Under the pieces are notes generated by a model, which did no database searches, was not told the origin of the DNA, and was given only the letters and a program-made list of their open reading frames with translations. A program made the position numbers and the translations under genes. Positions 19,066 to 27,037 of a DNA stretch of 64,000 nucleotides are shown piece by piece; position 1 is the first letter of the stretch; each line of letters starts with the position of its first letter. The DNA lies in the NCBI GenBank assembly GCA_947626065.1, contig CANQQT010000004.1, forward strand, positions 22,774 through 86,773, read 5' to 3'. Source of the stretch: an uncultured Clostridia bacterium. GTDB lineage: Bacteria > Bacillota > Clostridia > Oscillospirales > CAG-272.

Positions 19066-19934
19066 CCGTGAACCGTACCGGACAGGAAAAGCGGGCTCCG
19101 CGCGGCGTCGCCCGTTCCTTCCTTCAGCGCTTTGCTGCGGCGCCTCATGTTGTGTGGTCGGTGCTTTTCATCATCGTTCCCCTGCTTTTCGTCGTCTACT
19201 ATTCCTTCACCGACCGGGAGTTTGCCTTTACTCTTGACAACATCAAGGGGGTCTTTACGGCGCGGTATATGACGATTCTGCTCCGCTCCCTGAAGCTGGC
19301 GCTGATCGCCACCGTCGTCTGCCTCCTTGTCGGCTATCCCGCTGCTTACTTCATATCGCGCCTCTCCCCACGGCGGCAAAAGATGCTGATTATGCTGATC
19401 ATGCTTCCCATGTGGATGAACTTTCTTATCCGTACCTATGCGTGGATGGTTCTCCTTCAGGACGAGGGGATCATCAACGGCGTGCTTGAGCAGTTCGGTA
19501 TCGGCAAGCTCCGGATGATGTATACCGAAGGGGCGGTGGTCCTCGGCATGGTATACGATTATCTTCCTTATATGATTCTGCCGATTTATTCGGTGATGAC
19601 GAAGCTGGATATCCGGCTGGTGGAGGCCGCGTCGGACCTCGGCTGCAATTCCTTCGGAGTCTTCCGGAAGGTAATTGTACCGCAGAGTATGCCGGGCGTC
19701 GTCTCGGGGCTGATGATGGTCTTCGTCCCCTCCGTTTCCACCTTCTATATCTCTCAAAAGCTCGGCGGCGGGAAATTCTACCTGATCGGCGACGCCATTG
19801 AAACGCAGTTCAACGCCAACAACCTCCATATGGCGGCTTCCCTTTCGCTGATTCTCATGATCCTTCTTCTGGTGGGAATGTTCGTCATGAACCGCTTCTC
19901 GGCGGACGACGCGGGAGGAGGGTTGATTCCGTGA
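19062..19934 (+). CDS. potB: Spermidine/putrescine ABC transporter permease
   Basis: Six-TM BPD-type permease with an EAA-like loop ([25 protein letters not shown]). The start could instead be GTG at 19068. Confidence 0.88.
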   Translation: MTVNRTGQEKRAPRGVARSFLQRFAAAPHVVWSVLFIIVPLLFVVYYSFTDREFAFTLDNIKGVFTARYMTILLRSLKLALIATVVCLLVGYPAAYFISRLSPRRQKMLIMLIMLPMWMNFLIRTYAWMVLLQDEGIINGVLEQFGIGKLRMMYTEGAVVLGMVYDYLPYMILPIYSVMTKLDIRLVEAASDLGCNSFGVFRKVIVPQSMPGVVSGLMMVFVPSVSTFYISQKLGGGKFYLIGDAIETQFNANNLHMAASLSLILMILLLVGMFVMNRFSADDAGGGLIP

Positions 19935-20788
19935 AAAAGAAAAGATCCCTTCCCTCGATCCTCTACCTCAGCCTGCTTTTTCTCTTCCTCTTCGCACCGA
20001 TTGCCGTTCTTATCGTCTTCTCCTTCAACGAGGGGAGGAGCACCGTCAATCTCTCCGGCTTCTCGCTTCGGTGGTATAAGAACCTCTTCAGCGACGAGGC
20101 CACGCTCCAGTCTCTCTGCAATTCCCTGATCCTCGCCGTCTCCTCCGCCGCGATTTCAACGGTGATGGGGACGCTGGCGGCCTACGGGATCAGCCGGATG
20201 CGGCGGAAGTACTTCAAGGGCCTTTTGCTCGGGGTGACCAATGTTCCGATGATGAATCCCGATATTATCACCGGCATTTCCCTGATGCTGATGTTCGTCT
20301 TTACCGGAACGCTCCTCGGCCTTGCGGAATCGCTCAGCTTCGCCACGATGCTGATCGCCCACGTCACCTTCAATCTCCCCTACGTGATTCTTTCGGTTCT
20401 TCCGAAGTTCAATCAGATGGATCCTTCGATGCCGGAGGCGGCGCTTGACCTCGGATGTACGCCCGTCAAGTCCTTCTTCCGGGTTGAGCTCCCCGAGATC
20501 ATGCCGGGGGTGATGACGGGAGGATTGATGGCCTTCACCCTGTCGCTCGACGACTTTGTCATCAGCTATTTCACCAAGGGGAGCGGCTTTCAGACCCTGC
20601 CGCTTCTCATCTACGGAATGACGAAAAAGACGGTCACTCCGAAGATCTATGCCCTCGCTACCCTGATTTTCCTCTCGATTCTGATTCTTCTCATCCTCAC
20701 CAACGTGATTCAGAGCCGGGACGAGAGAAAGCAGATGAAGATTCAAAAAAGCCTGAACCGCGACCCTGTCGCGGATAAAGAAGACTGA
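19931..20788 (+). CDS. potC: Spermidine/putrescine ABC transporter permease
   Basis: BPD-type permease (EAALDLGCTPVKSFFRVELPEIMPG). GTG start overlaps the potB stop. Confidence 0.88.
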   Translation: MKKKRSLPSILYLSLLFLFLFAPIAVLIVFSFNEGRSTVNLSGFSLRWYKNLFSDEATLQSLCNSLILAVSSAAISTVMGTLAAYGISRMRRKYFKGLLLGVTNVPMMNPDIITGISLMLMFVFTGTLLGLAESLSFATMLIAHVTFNLPYVILSVLPKFNQMDPSMPEAALDLGCTPVKSFFRVELPEIMPGVMTGGLMAFTLSLDDFVISYFTKGSGFQTLPLLIYGMTKKTVTPKIYALATLIFLSILILLILTNVIQSRDERKQMKIQKSLNRDPVADKED

Positions 20789-20827
20789 ACAGGCGTTCAA
20801 CGCCTCTTTCTGAAAGGAGATTTATTC

Positions 20828-21943
20828 ATGAAAAAAATCGCACGTTTTCTTCTTCCCGTCCTGCTTCTTCTGGTACTTGCCTGCGGGCTTGCCGCCTGCT
20901 CCGACAAGGATACGATTACCCTCAACGTCTACAACTGGGGGGAATACATTTCGACGGGGGAAGAGGGAACCTACAATACCAACAAGGAATTTGAAAAGTG
21001 GTATTACGAGACCTACGGTCAGAAGATCCGCGTCAACTATGAGACCTTCGATTCCAACGAGAGCCTCCGCTCGCAGCTTGAAATCGGCGGCGTCTCCTAC
21101 GACGTCATCGTCCCCTCCGACTATATGATCGAGTACTTCATCGAAAAGGATATGCTGGCCGAGCTGAATTTCGACAACATTCCCAATTACAAGAACATCT
21201 CGGAGACCTACCGCAACCTCTACTACGATCCCGAAAACCGCTACACGGTTCCCTATACCTACGGAGTGGTGGGCATCATCTACGATGCCAAGGAGGTCGA
21301 TCCCGCCGACGTGACCGGCTGGGAGGTTATGTGGAACGAAAAGTACAGCGGGGAGATTCTTCAGTTCAACAATCCCCGCGATGCCTTCGGTATCGCCATG
21401 TATAAGCTGGGAATCGACGTCAATACCACCGACACCGCCGAGTGGGACAGAGCGCAGGCCGAGCTGATCAAGCAGGTTCCCCTCCGCAAGGGGCTGGTGA
21501 TGGATGAGATTTTCAACATGATGGAGAGCGGAGAGGCCGCCATCGGCGCCTACTATGTAGGGGACTACTTTACCATGCAGAGCGAGCAGGCCGACGACGT
21601 CGATCTGCGGCTGTTTATCCCGGAAAGCTCCAACGTCTACGTCGACGCGATGTGCGTGCTGAAAAACTCCAAGCATAAGGAGGCCGCCGAGGCCTATATC
21701 AACTTCATGCTCTCGGAGGACGCCGCAGTCGCCAACTCCCTGACCCACTGCTACGCTTCCCCCAATACGCTGGTGGTGAAAAACGAGGAGTACCGGGAGG
21801 GCATGGGAGAGGAGGCCATCGCGGTTCTCTATCCCGAAGGCTACAATTTCGCCGAAAGTTATCAAAAGTACGCCTTCCGTAATCTTCCGAACGAGACGCT
21901 CGACTATATGACGAGCCTGTGGGAGGAAATTAAGATTTCCTGA
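20828..21943 (+). CDS. potD: Spermidine/putrescine-binding lipoprotein
   Basis: Lipobox LAACS after the signal peptide. PotD-like SBP pattern (VYNWGEYI, VPSDYM). Confidence 0.88.
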   Translation: MKKIARFLLPVLLLLVLACGLAACSDKDTITLNVYNWGEYISTGEEGTYNTNKEFEKWYYETYGQKIRVNYETFDSNESLRSQLEIGGVSYDVIVPSDYMIEYFIEKDMLAELNFDNIPNYKNISETYRNLYYDPENRYTVPYTYGVVGIIYDAKEVDPADVTGWEVMWNEKYSGEILQFNNPRDAFGIAMYKLGIDVNTTDTAEWDRAQAELIKQVPLRKGLVMDEIFNMMESGEAAIGAYYVGDYFTMQSEQADDVDLRLFIPESSNVYVDAMCVLKNSKHKEAAEAYINFMLSEDAAVANSLTHCYASPNTLVVKNEEYREGMGEEAIAVLYPEGYNFAESYQKYAFRNLPNETLDYMTSLWEEIKIS

Positions 21944-22007
21944 GTAGAAGGAAAAAGGCTCCCGACAAGCAATGCCGTGGCGGTAAGAGAATAAATTTCA
22001 GCGTCAT

Positions 22008-22046
22008 GGGAAGGCGAGGCTTAACGCCGCGCCTTCCCGCTTTTTT
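22008..22046 (+). terminator. Intrinsic terminator after potD
   Basis: GGGAAGGCG (22008-22016) pairs with CGCCTTCCC (22030-22038), followed by TTTTTT (22041-22046). Confidence 0.75.
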
Positions 22047-22114
22047 GCGGCAAAATCGGATTTCAGGGAGCGCGGGCCAACGCCCGCCGCACAGGGGAGC
22101 ATTCCACAGCAGAC

Positions 22115-22164
22115 CCGGCGCCGCCGTCAATGGTGGCACAGGAGGTGGCAATCAGCGATTCGAT
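22115..22164. repeat. Left copy of a perfect 50-bp direct repeat (non-genic copy of DUF4097 coding sequence)
   Basis: CCGGCGCCGCCGTCAATGGTGGCACAGGAGGTGGCAATCAGCGATTCGAT is identical to 24902-24951. Identity ends abruptly on both sides. Confidence 0.95.
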
Positions 22165-22197
22165 GGTGAGTTCTATACATTTTTTTGCAAAAAATAC

Positions 22198-22226
22198 TTG
22201 ACAGGCCCCGCTTTGTGCGGTATAAT
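22198..22226 (+). promoter_or_regulatory. Sigma-A type promoter of the GH127-like gene
   Basis: TTGACA (22198-22203), 17-nt spacer, TATAAT (22221-22226). Confidence 0.65.
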
Positions 22227-22263
22227 TCACTATAAGTTTCGCACGGCTTGAGGGAGGTACACG

Positions 22264-24081
22264 ATGGAAAACAACTTTGCCGACAAGGCGCGTAAAGAAA
22301 AAGACAGGGAATACGATATTATAAAACGAGGGGAAAAACGCGTCTCCGATCCGAAAGATTGGAGACCGGTAAAATACGAGGCTTTTTTTCCTGAGACAGG
22401 CGTAAAGCTGCGCGACGGCTTTGTAAAAGAACTTTTTGATAAAAATATCGAAAACATCTTGAAATGCTATAAAATGGAGGACTACTGCAACGGCCCCGGC
22501 TGGGCGCATTGGCTTCCTGCGTCAAATGACGGGCGTATGCTCGCGGGCGCGGCGAACTCGATTATGTGGTGCGACGAGAAGGATAAGGAGCAGCTCCGCA
22601 AAATAGTCGAGGATATAATTTCGGGTATAAAAAAGCAGGTGCGCGACGACGGATATTTCAACTATTATCCCGAGGAGGAAGCGTATATATGTATCGACGA
22701 ACCGGAAGAGCCGAACAGCATCTTTCGCGTCCATGCCAAAAACAGCGAGCGCAAAAACTACGACCGCGTTTTTTGGACGAGAGGAATGATCTCTGCTTCA
22801 CGCAGTGGAAATAAAGACGCGCTGCCTATACTTCGGGCAATGTACGACTGGTTCAATTCCGCCGAAAAGTATCTGCCCTATATCCTCCGAGGCGCGAACG
22901 CTACGAACGGATTCCCCGGCGGCCCGATTATGTACCATACCGAATTGGGCAAGCCCGAGGATATCTTGACAAATCAGCGTTGGTACGATCAGGATTATTG
23001 GATGGATCAGTTTATAGCGGGGGAAAAGGAGGCGTTCAGCGCGTATGCGGGCGACCGTCCCCATTGCTACGATCTGCTTGAGCTCGAGGCGCTTGCCGAT
23101 GAATATAGAGCAACGGGTCATCGGCGTTATCTTGACGCTTTGCTCGGCGCCTGGGAAATTTACCGCAGCGGTTATATGCATATAGGCGGAGCTACAGCCA
23201 TATGCGAGGCAGGCGGCCCCTATCCTTACAAGTCGTATTATATCACGACCGGACATAACGGCGAGACCTGCGGAAGCGTATTTTGGATCTGGGTCAACAG
23301 CCGCCTTTTGCAGCTTGCGCCTTCCGAGGAAAAGTATGCTTTCGAGATCGAGCAGTCGTTGTTCAATATCATCGGTTCATGCCGTGATCTTTCGGGAAAT
23401 ACAAGATATCACAACAGAATGCAGGGAGTCAAGGAGAAAGGCACCTGTCACAATACCTGCTGTGAAGTTTCATCAACGATGCTGATCTCCGAGCTTCCGA
23501 AGTATATCTATAGGGAAGACGATCTCGGAGTTTGGGTAGACCTTTTTGTCCCGTCAACGATAAAGACAAATAAATTGTGCCTTGAAATGACGACGGACTT
23601 TCCGTATGATTGCAATGTGTCGATATGTGTCAAGGAAGCGGACGAGGGCCGCTTTCATATAAGCATCAGGATCCCGTCCTGGGCAAAAGGCGGTACCGAA
23701 TTTTTCGTAAACGGCGAATCCGTATGCGTAGGCGCTCCCGGTTCATATGTCCGCCTGGAGCGCGAATGGAAATGCGGCGATATCGTCACATTCCGCCATA
23801 AAATGAGCTTTTCGGTCAAAAACTATGAGGGACGCGACACAGCTCCCGACGGCAGAGGCCGCGTTGCGCTGATGTACGGACCTATACTTATGGCTCTTAC
23901 CGGAAGCTTTGACGAAGGGGACATACCCGTATTGAATGGTTCTGCGGAGCGGCTCATAGATAGCCTTATACCGTCTCCGGACGTTAAGCTGCATTTTGCC
24001 GTCGAGGGACAGCCGGAGCTTCTTTTCAAGCCCTATTTTGAGGTCGACAGAGAAGTATTCAATTGCTTCCCCTCCATTTGA
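22264..24081 (+). CDS. Glycoside hydrolase family 127-like protein (DUF1680, beta-L-arabinofuranosidase family)
   Basis: 605 aa. ETCGS and TCCEVSS motifs fit the GH127 Cys/Zn active-site pattern as I remember it. GC and GC3 are visibly lower than in flanking genes. Confidence 0.65.
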   Translation: MENNFADKARKEKDREYDIIKRGEKRVSDPKDWRPVKYEAFFPETGVKLRDGFVKELFDKNIENILKCYKMEDYCNGPGWAHWLPASNDGRMLAGAANSIMWCDEKDKEQLRKIVEDIISGIKKQVRDDGYFNYYPEEEAYICIDEPEEPNSIFRVHAKNSERKNYDRVFWTRGMISASRSGNKDALPILRAMYDWFNSAEKYLPYILRGANATNGFPGGPIMYHTELGKPEDILTNQRWYDQDYWMDQFIAGEKEAFSAYAGDRPHCYDLLELEALADEYRATGHRRYLDALLGAWEIYRSGYMHIGGATAICEAGGPYPYKSYYITTGHNGETCGSVFWIWVNSRLLQLAPSEEKYAFEIEQSLFNIIGSCRDLSGNTRYHNRMQGVKEKGTCHNTCCEVSSTMLISELPKYIYREDDLGVWVDLFVPSTIKTNKLCLEMTTDFPYDCNVSICVKEADEGRFHISIRIPSWAKGGTEFFVNGESVCVGAPGSYVRLEREWKCGDIVTFRHKMSFSVKNYEGRDTAPDGRGRVALMYGPILMALTGSFDEGDIPVLNGSAERLIDSLIPSPDVKLHFAVEGQPELLFKPYFEVDREVFNCFPSI

Positions 24082-24137
24082 TCTTCCGTACATATTATTC
24101 ACGGCTGAAAAAACACGTATCGCCGTAGGTGATTTTA

Positions 24138-24177
24138 TCAACCGTCGGTTGAGGGTCGAAAATCAACCGGCGGTTTG
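24138..24177 (+). promoter_or_regulatory. Two copies of a palindromic box TCAACCGNCGGTTGA upstream of the truncated HTH gene
   Basis: TCAACCGTCGGTTGA at 24138-24152 and TCAACCGGCGGTTTG at 24163-24177, with starts 25 nt apart. They lie 55-95 nt upstream of the ATG at 24233. Confidence 0.45.
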
Positions 24178-24232
24178 CTGTAAAGCGCTTTCGGATATGT
24201 TAGGATCGTGCCGTGAAAAGGAGGGGCCCGAT

Positions 24233-24370
24233 ATGGATCGGATAAAAATCGGCAAATTCATAGCGGCGTGCAGAAAAGAACAGGGCATGACTCGAGCCGC
24301 CTTCGCCGAAAAACTCGGTATCAGTGACCGCGTTGTTTCAAAATGGGAGTGCGGAGCTTCACATAGTTAA
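24233..24370 (+). pseudogene. Truncated XRE-family HTH gene (45 codons; ends inside the HTH domain)
   Basis: Good RBS (AAAGGAGGGG). MDRIKIGKFIAACRKEQGMTRAAFAEKLGISDRVVSKWECGASHS then a stop. Full XRE domains continue for another ~20 aa or more. Confidence 0.5.
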
Positions 24371-24594
24371 GGATGCCACGCAATAATCCACGCTTACAGA
24401 CAAAAATAGGAGCCTCAGTCAATCCATGCGCAGGATCGATCGAGACTCTTTCTGTTTGTATTGCTGTTTTTTATACCACCAAATGGACAATTAAGCCTGT
24501 CGCCATGGTCCGGCGCCGCGCTCCATTTTGTTTCGGAGGCAGAAAAAGCGCCCGGCGAACCGAACGCTTTTGGGTAGGGGCTGTTTCAGGACTC

Positions 24595-25410
24595 TCAATC
24601 TGAGCAGGAGCCCTCAAAATTCAAATTGACGGCGCCGATGCCGCCGCTGATTTCTATGCTGTTTTCCTTGCTTCCTTGTTCCTTCAGGTCGGGAACACTT
24701 TTGCCGTCCACGGTGATGCCGCCAATGCCTTTTTCAAGGTGAAGCTTGTAATTTTCTCTGTCGCCGATCACGGTGACGTTCGATTCTCCCACGCCCAAGT
24801 CGAAGGAGCAGTCGCCGGTAAGCGCGGAGGTTAGATGAAGCTGGCCGACGCCCATATCCACCGCAAGGTTATGAAGCTCCCCGCCGACTACGGTGATTTT
24901 TCCGGCGCCGCCGTCAATGGTGGCACAGGAGGTGGCAATCAGCGATTCGATTATGACCTCACCGGCCCCGAGGTCAAGCTCCACGGTGCCGGAAGACAGT
25001 CTCTCGACCGTCAGCTTTCCCGCGCCGGTTCGGACGATTATTTTTTCAAAGGTGATATCGGCGGGAATATAGAGCGTCAGCGACGCGCCGCGATAGGCTC
25101 CCCCGAATTTTTTCGTTTCCTCAAGAGAAAGCACGCCGTCCTTCTCCTCCACCGCAAGGTGCTTCAAATTGCTTTCCACAAGGAAATCTTCTCCTTGCTT
25201 GACTTTGAAATCGGCGGCGTTTATATTCACTTCGAGCACGCGGATCTCCGAGGAAACCGCATAGGTTCGGAGATCGGTAGCGACGGCGTCGTCCTCGAGG
25301 AGGCCGGTGAAGAGGCCGAGGATAGAGAGCAGGCCTCCGATAATGCTCACGGCCAGAAAGACGGCGAAGGCCATGGCGCAATATTTCACAACCTTATGTA
25401 AAGCGATCAT
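24595..25410 (-). CDS. DUF4097-family beta-strand repeat protein (LiaG-like putative adhesin fold), N-terminal TM anchor
   Basis: TM segment followed by repeated G-x-G/V-x-V beta-strand repeats (LDLGAGEV, DMGVGQLHL, FDLGVGES, SGGIGAVNL). ATGA overlap with the upstream LiaF-like gene. Confidence 0.7.
   Translation of the reverse strand: MIALHKVVKYCAMAFAVFLAVSIIGGLLSILGLFTGLLEDDAVATDLRTYAVSSEIRVLEVNINAADFKVKQGEDFLVESNLKHLAVEEKDGVLSLEETKKFGGAYRGASLTLYIPADITFEKIIVRTGAGKLTVERLSSGTVELDLGAGEVIIESLIATSCATIDGGAGKITVVGGELHNLAVDMGVGQLHLTSALTGDCSFDLGVGESNVTVIGDRENYKLHLEKGIGGITVDGKSVPDLKEQGSKENSIEISGGIGAVNLNFEGSCSD
24902..24951. repeat. Right copy of the perfect 50-bp direct repeat (inside the DUF4097 CDS)
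   Basis: Identical to 22115-22164. Encodes IESLIATSCATIDGGAG on the minus strand. Confidence 0.95.
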
Positions 25411-26084
25411 TTGATCTCAATGCCTCCGAACATACAGGTACCGCTGACATAAACGGTCGGCGCGTCTTTGTGCGCGGCGGTTTTGTTGGAAACTCCGCCG
25501 AAAAGGCTGTCGGAGGATACCTTTACGTTGACGGTATCCGGGACGAAGATATCCACGCCGCCAAAGATCGCCGTCGCCTGTATGGCACAGTCTTTTTCAA
25601 TCACGGCGTTGCGCAGGTCGCACTTTACCCCGCCGAATACGGCGGATAATTCGGCGCCCTCAAATATCTCGCCGTCGTAGTTCAGATTACAGCCCGAAAA
25701 GGTTGCCCGTCCCGCTTTGGCTTCACCGCCGTTTTTCTTGATTTCATTTAGAATTTTACTGGCCTTGCTGTCGAACAGACCCGTATATACCAGTTTTAAG
25801 CCGATAATCACGATAATGCCCGGTACAAGTAGCTTCCAAATCAGGGAAAATTTCAATATTCCCTGACAGTACAGGAGCAGAAACGCGCCGACAATCATGC
25901 CGATTATATTTCCGGTTTTTTCGCGTTCGGTAAATAACCCGATCGTGCAGGGGACGAGGATGAACAACGTCCACCACCCGTCAAAAAACACGTCGATGTT
26001 TGTGACGTTCAAGGCGTTGAGAGCGAACAATCCGCCTGCCGCAATCAACACGATTCCCCATACAATGCTGTTTATTCTCTTCAT
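25407..26084 (-). CDS. LiaF-like cell-wall-active-antibiotic response protein (TM domain plus DUF2154-like C-terminal domain)
   Basis: Four or five N-terminal TM helices. The C-terminal region has FGG repeats (AVFGGVKCD, AIFGGVDIFVP, SLFGGVSN, CMFGGIEI), typical of LiaF-type proteins. Confidence 0.7.
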   Translation of the reverse strand: MKRINSIVWGIVLIAAGGLFALNALNVTNIDVFFDGWWTLFILVPCTIGLFTEREKTGNIIGMIVGAFLLLYCQGILKFSLIWKLLVPGIIVIIGLKLVYTGLFDSKASKILNEIKKNGGEAKAGRATFSGCNLNYDGEIFEGAELSAVFGGVKCDLRNAVIEKDCAIQATAIFGGVDIFVPDTVNVKVSSDSLFGGVSNKTAAHKDAPTVYVSGTCMFGGIEIK

Positions 26085-26301
26085 GACGGTTTCTCCTTTT
26101 TACAAAAAAGTGCGTGACCGAAGCCACGCACCGAAAAGCGCAACTCCGATTGTCGCCAAACAAAGCTCAAACAGAAAAGGAATTTCCTTATACCATCCGA
26201 GTGGAGCTGCGTTTTTACCGGACACAATTCGGATGATAACCGAAAAGGGTACAGTTCTCCCGACAAAAAGAAAAACCTTTTCTTATTCAGCTTTGTTTGG
26301 C
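26085..26301 (-). promoter_or_regulatory. Structured ~215-nt 5' leader of the LiaF-like operon, ending in an intrinsic terminator
   Basis: On the minus strand, GCCAAACAAAGCT (26301-26289) pairs with AGCTTTGTTTGGC (26167-26155). The helix is extended by AGAAAAGG/CCTTTTCT, with an inner 10-bp helix around CATCCGA/TCGGATG. The terminator is GTGCGTG-loop-CACGCAC plus TTTTTT (26131-26104), just before the RBS. Confidence 0.55.
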
Positions 26302-26307
26302 AGGGAT

Positions 26308-26336
26308 ATTATAGCACAATCGGTGCGAAAATGCAA
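26308..26336 (-). promoter_or_regulatory. Sigma-A type promoter (extended -10) driving the leader and LiaF-like operon
   Basis: On the minus strand: TTGCAT (26336-26331), 17-nt spacer, TGcTATAAT (-10 at 26313-26308). Confidence 0.65.
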
Positions 26337-26749
26337 GGGATTTTCCGAAAAAATGCCGGATGACGGCGGGCGGGCTTCCTTTTGACGGGCGGCGATGGAA
26401 TTTGAGCATAAAGAAAGGCGGCGGAAAGGCTCTCTGCCCCCGCGCCGCTTTTGGCTTTTGCAAGTCCCCGCTTCTTTGTATTTGTCCGACGTTTTCAAAT
26501 TGCTTTTTCGTCGGCGGCAAGGCGCGGGCACTTTTTTCTTTTTATAGGGAAGCCCCGGCGTTTTCGGGTGAGAACGCCGGGGTTCTTTCCGGAATCGGCC
26601 GGAGAGGGTCGGACGGCGGGGAAGGGTCACTTCCCCTTTTTCTTCGGCTTTGTGATTCCGAAAAACAGGCGCATAAAGGGCGCAAGGAACCGAGGGGATT
26701 TCAAGGTAACAACCTTCAAGAAAAACGCTCCTTCCATAGGTGGGCGGGG

Positions 26750-26923
26750 TTACCTTTGCGTGAGGCAAAGCCAACCCGCCGCGACGATTAAAATGGCTTC
26801 GATGAGGGCAAGCATTCTTGCCGAGAGGAAAAATGCGACGAAAATACCGAGTCCGAAGGCGATCAGCGCCGCCTGAAGAAGGACGCGGCCGCCGCGCCCG
26901 GGGCCGGGGATTTGTCTGTGCAT
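26750..26923 (-). CDS. Possible 57-aa two-TM membrane peptide (below the ORF-track length cutoff)
   Basis: My own translation: MHRQIPGPGRGGRVLLQAALIAFGLGIFVAFFLSARMLALIEAILIVAAGWLCLTQR. Third positions are G/C-rich as in real genes, but the RBS is weak. Confidence 0.35.
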   Translation of the reverse strand: MHRQIPGPGRGGRVLLQAALIAFGLGIFVAFFLSARMLALIEAILIVAAGWLCLTQR

Positions 26924-27037
26924 GAGCTGTCGCTTTTCCCGGAGCTATACTCCGAAAAAGCACTCCTTTCCTTGACGCCGCGGCTTTCCGGCGGCGGCGC
27001 CGTCCTTTTCCCTCCGCCCTCGAAAAATCCGCTCTCA

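Noticed and set aside
22063-22509. 148-aa minus-strand ORF overlapping the GH127 promoter and start.
   Set aside because: It exists only because it reads through the 50-bp copy of DUF4097 coding sequence (ESLIATSCATIDGGAG). The remainder has no similarity and overlaps a strong promoter and a real gene on the other strand.
26085-26301. T-box leader upstream of the LiaF-like gene.
   Set aside because: No T-box sequence (GGTGGTACCGCG-like) precedes the terminator, there is no specifier-loop architecture, and the downstream genes are not related to amino-acid metabolism.
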